Of a stretch of DNA of 64,000 nucleotides, positions 61,065 to 64,000 are shown one piece after another (the first letter of the stretch is position 1; each line of letters begins with the position of its first letter). The stretch is from positions 8,889 through 72,888 of the forward strand of contig CAXQPR010000039.1 in NCBI GenBank assembly GCA_964225855.1, written 5' to 3'. Made by a program: the position numbers and the translations under genes. The notes under the pieces are model-generated. The model searched no databases. It was given only the letters and a program-made list of their open reading frames with translations, and was not told the origin of the DNA. The stretch is from Salipiger bermudensis (GTDB taxonomy: Bacteria; Cyanobacteriota; Cyanobacteriia; PCC-6307; Cyanobiaceae).

Positions 61065-61717
61065 CAGGCGTTCACCAGTGGCTGCGGCGTTGCAGCCCGC
61101 ATCGCATCAACAATCTCCCGAAGTTCCCCGTTGTCGAGACGCATGGAGAGGGGATGCCCCACCAGGCGAGCCGTGGTGTGGAACAGATCTTCAATGGCAA
61201 TCAGGCCGTTGTCACGGAGGGTGCGACCGGTGGCCACCAGATCGACAATCGCCTCAGCGATACCGGTGATCGGCCCGAGCTCGACCGAACCGGTGAGATG
61301 CACCAGTTCGACAGGAAGTTCCAACGCATCGAAGTATTGACGCGCGCAGCGGGTGAATTTGCTCGCCACCCGGCAATGGGGAGGCAGGTCGGCGGCGCAG
61401 CGGTAACCGCTGCTTTCCTTCACAGCAACCGACATTCGACAGCCGCCGAAATTGAGATCCACCAACTGGGCTACGGGCATCTGGTGCTCCTTGAGCACGT
61501 CGTAACCGACAACGCCAAGCTGGGCCTGGCCATACGCGACGTAGACCGGCACATCACCGTTGCGCACCAACAAGGCTCGCGCCCGGCCGCAGCTCGACGG
61601 CACCATCAACTGACGGTTGTCGGGATCGAGCACCGCGGAGAAATCGAGACCGGCTGCGTTGAACCGCGCCACTGACTCCTTCAGCAGCGCTCCCTTGGCC
61701 AGAGCGACGGTGATCAT
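61064..61717 (-). CDS. hisG: ATP phosphoribosyltransferase, short form (HisZ-dependent)
   Basis: [36 protein letters not shown]; 217 aa with no C-terminal regulatory domain. Confidence 0.95.
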   Translation of the reverse strand: MITVALAKGALLKESVARFNAAGLDFSAVLDPDNRQLMVPSSCGRARALLVRNGDVPVYVAYGQAQLGVVGYDVLKEHQMPVAQLVDLNFGGCRMSVAVKESSGYRCAADLPPHCRVASKFTRCARQYFDALELPVELVHLTGSVELGPITGIAEAIVDLVATGRTLRDNGLIAIEDLFHTTARLVGHPLSMRLDNGELREIVDAMRAATPQPLVNA

Positions 61718-61746
61718 GGACTGATGCGTCGACCTGGACTTTAACG

Positions 61747-62532
61747 ATGCCCCCGACCCCAGCGAACGCCCCTGCCACCCACACGATGGGCGATGGCATC
61801 CATCAGCTCCCCGTTCTCAACGACAACATCATTTGGATCTGGGTGCGGGGCAATCAGGCCGTGGTGGTGGACCCTGCGGTGGCGGAGCCTGTGATCACTT
61901 GGCTCAGAGACCGCGACCTGCAACTCAAGGCGGTGCTTCAGACCCACCACCATGCCGATCACATCGGCGGCACCCTCAAACTCCTGGCGCAGTGGCCCGC
62001 GGCTGCAGTGGTTGCTGCGGCCGCCGACCTGGAACGGATCCCCTTTCAAACCGTGTCCGTGCGGGGGGGAGACCGATTGCCTCTGCTTGGTCAGCAGCTG
62101 GACGTGATCGATGTGCCAGCCCATACCAGAGCACACATCGCCTTCCTGCTGCCTGAGGGTGGCCGAGCTGGCGAGCCAGCGGCTTTGTTCTGCGGTGACA
62201 CGTTGTTCAGCGCGGGCTGCGGCCGTCTGTTTGAAGGAACGGCCGCAGACATGCACAGGGCATTGCAGCGTCTCGGCTCTCTCCCTGACAGCACTACGGT
62301 GCATTGCGCCCACGAATACACCGAGGCCAATCTGCGCTGGGCGGCGCAGCGCGCTCCTCTCAATCAACAGATCCAAGCGCGGCTTGAGCAGGTGCAAAGC
62401 CTGCGCCGACAAGGGGCCAGCAGCCTCCCCAGCACCCTGAAGATTGAGCAGGCCACCAACCTGTTCCTTCAAGCATCCACCCCAGACGAGCTGGCGACCC
62501 TGCGCACTGACAAGGATCAGTGGCGCGGGTGA
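61747..62532 (+). CDS. gloB: Hydroxyacylglutathione hydrolase (glyoxalase II)
   Basis: [35 protein letters not shown]. Confidence 0.95.
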   Translation: MPPTPANAPATHTMGDGIHQLPVLNDNIIWIWVRGNQAVVVDPAVAEPVITWLRDRDLQLKAVLQTHHHADHIGGTLKLLAQWPAAAVVAAAADLERIPFQTVSVRGGDRLPLLGQQLDVIDVPAHTRAHIAFLLPEGGRAGEPAALFCGDTLFSAGCGRLFEGTAADMHRALQRLGSLPDSTTVHCAHEYTEANLRWAAQRAPLNQQIQARLEQVQSLRRQGASSLPSTLKIEQATNLFLQASTPDELATLRTDKDQWRG

Positions 62533-62565
62533 TTGAGCTCAGTTTCTGACTGACGCAAGGTCTTC

Positions 62566-63732
62566 TCAGCTCTCCGCCGTGGCCACCAGTGGCATGCGCT
62601 GGGGATAGAGCAGCACGGATTCCCCGGCCCTGAGCCGCAGACGACAGCGGGTTCCGCGGCGATAGTCCTGGGCCAGGGGCAGCAGCAACCGCAGCTGCTG
62701 ATCTGCTGCTTCCACGCGATAGAGCCACTCGCGCCCAAGAAATTCGCGTCCCATCACGCAAGCGTCCCCCTCGGGATCCAGCTCCAGGCTGATGGCAGAG
62801 GGGTCCACCAGCAACGTTGGTGCTTGCTCCTGCTCATGGCCAGAGTCAGGGCCGCGATCAGCGGACTGAGCAGAAGCCTGCTCGAGCACACCAAGCAGGC
62901 AACGCCAACGACCGTGCGGCTCTCGATGCACCGGCAAAAGATTGCCCTGCAGTACAAATCGCCCAACAAACGGACTCGCCGGTGACTCCACCAAGGTGCG
63001 GGGCGAGGCGCACTGATGCAGGATTCCATCCTTCATCACAGCAACGCGATCGCAGATCGCCAAGGCCTCGCCAGGGTCGTGGGTCACCAGCACACCCGAT
63101 GTGCCACAGCGACTGAGGACTGCAGGGAGTTCACTGCGCAGCCTCAACCGCACTTCCACATCCAAATTGGAAAAGGGCTCATCCAGCAACACCACAGCAG
63201 GGGCCGGAGCCAGGGCTCGCGCCAGGGCTAAGCGCTGGCGCTGCCCTCCTGAGAGCTCGTGGGGAAAGCGTTTGGTAAGCCTCTCCAGGCCCAGCAGTTC
63301 CAACAACCAAGCGGCACGACTGGTGTCCTGACCGCGACGCAGACCAAAGCAGGTGTTCTCCCAGGCCGTGAGATGGGGGAACAGGGCGTAGTCCTGAAAG
63401 ACCATGCCCACACCGCGCCGCTCGGGCGGTAGCCAACGCTGTGCCGACGCCACCGGCTGGCCATGCATCCGCACCTCGCCCAGAGAAGGCACCTCGAAAC
63501 CTGCGATCAGGCGCAACAGCGTGGTTTTTCCGCACCCCGAAGGACCAAGCAAACCCACCAGCTCGCCGGGATGCAGGGTCAGGTCAATGCCCTGCAGCGT
63601 CCAGTCAGGATTGGTCGAGGCGTAGCGGTGCCAAAGCCCCCGCACCTCCACCGGTGATTGAACGGGTGAAGCTGAGGATTCGCCCGCAGCAGCAGTCCCG
63701 GCCTCAATGGACGTGTCACCAGACACTGTCAA
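62566..63732 (-). CDS. futC: Fe3+ ABC transporter ATP-binding protein (FutC/FbpC-like)
   Basis: [40 protein letters not shown]-like tail; substrate inferred. Confidence 0.8.
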   Translation of the reverse strand: MTVSGDTSIEAGTAAAGESSASPVQSPVEVRGLWHRYASTNPDWTLQGIDLTLHPGELVGLLGPSGCGKTTLLRLIAGFEVPSLGEVRMHGQPVASAQRWLPPERRGVGMVFQDYALFPHLTAWENTCFGLRRGQDTSRAAWLLELLGLERLTKRFPHELSGGQRQRLALARALAPAPAVVLLDEPFSNLDVEVRLRLRSELPAVLSRCGTSGVLVTHDPGEALAICDRVAVMKDGILHQCASPRTLVESPASPFVGRFVLQGNLLPVHREPHGRWRCLLGVLEQASAQSADRGPDSGHEQEQAPTLLVDPSAISLELDPEGDACVMGREFLGREWLYRVEAADQQLRLLLPLAQDYRRGTRCRLRLRAGESVLLYPQRMPLVATAES

Positions 63733-63795
63733 AGGGATTGGCTCCCCGCCATGGTCACCGAAGGCGATGATGCAGACCCATTGTGCGTCCCCACC

Positions 63796-64000
63796 ATGTC
63801 GACCTCACCCACCCAGGCAATCACCACCACTGCGGCGCCTGCTCCGGTGGGCCCTTACAACCAGGCGGTGAAGGCGGGTGACTGGCTGTACTGCTCTGGT
63901 CAGATCCCTCTGGATCCCGCCACAGGCACCATGGTTGGCGACGGTGATGTGGAAGCAGAGACCCGTCAGGTGCTGAAAAACCTCAACGCCGTGCTCACGG
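63796..64000 (+). CDS. ridA: RidA/YjgF family protein (3' truncated by window edge)
   Basis: Translated by hand: [41 protein letters not shown]...QVLKNL; absent from the ORF track. Confidence 0.92.
   Translation, partial: MSTSPTQAITTTAAPAPVGPYNQAVKAGDWLYCSGQIPLDPATGTMVGDGDVEAETRQVLKNLNAVLT

Noticed and set aside
1-64000. CRISPR arrays, IS elements, rRNA, HIP1 enrichment
   Set aside because: No spaced repeats, transposase motifs or rRNA were seen; GCGATCGC appears only sporadically by eye (not counted).

Overview
High-GC, gene-dense window from a marine picocyanobacterium, most likely Synechococcus. This is inferred from gene content: petE, petJ, ndhD/ndhL, cyAbrB, BicA-like SulP, Nif11 domains, an intron-less tRNA-Leu(UAA) and dnaA unlinked from dnaN. 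Most of it is core genome: glk, thrB, prlC, folB, proA, tamB, glgB, hemE, clpB, queD, hisIE, trpA, pyrC, gor, dnaA, htrA, hisG, gloB, futC-like and ridA. Best leads: (1) an AT-rich insert next to dnaA encodes a pentameric ligand-gated ion channel (GLIC/ELIC-like) split into two ORFs at a T7 run; one extra T or a -1 shift would restore a ~448-aa channel with a large loop-C insertion. (2) A ~170-nt nested stem-loop element with an 11-bp-period direct repeat lies between divergent queD and hisIE. (3) An ARTO-type heme-copper oxidase operon has two His-rich DUF2231 proteins in front and a GMC flavoprotein behind, which appears to lack both canonical catalytic residues. (4) Each of two cytochrome c6 paralogues sits near a Nif11-domain gene. 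(5) There is a 43-aa ORF missing from the ORF track and an apparently internally deleted DUF3136. No integrase, transposase, CRISPR array or rRNA was seen. Family assignments come from motif recognition by eye, not from database searches.
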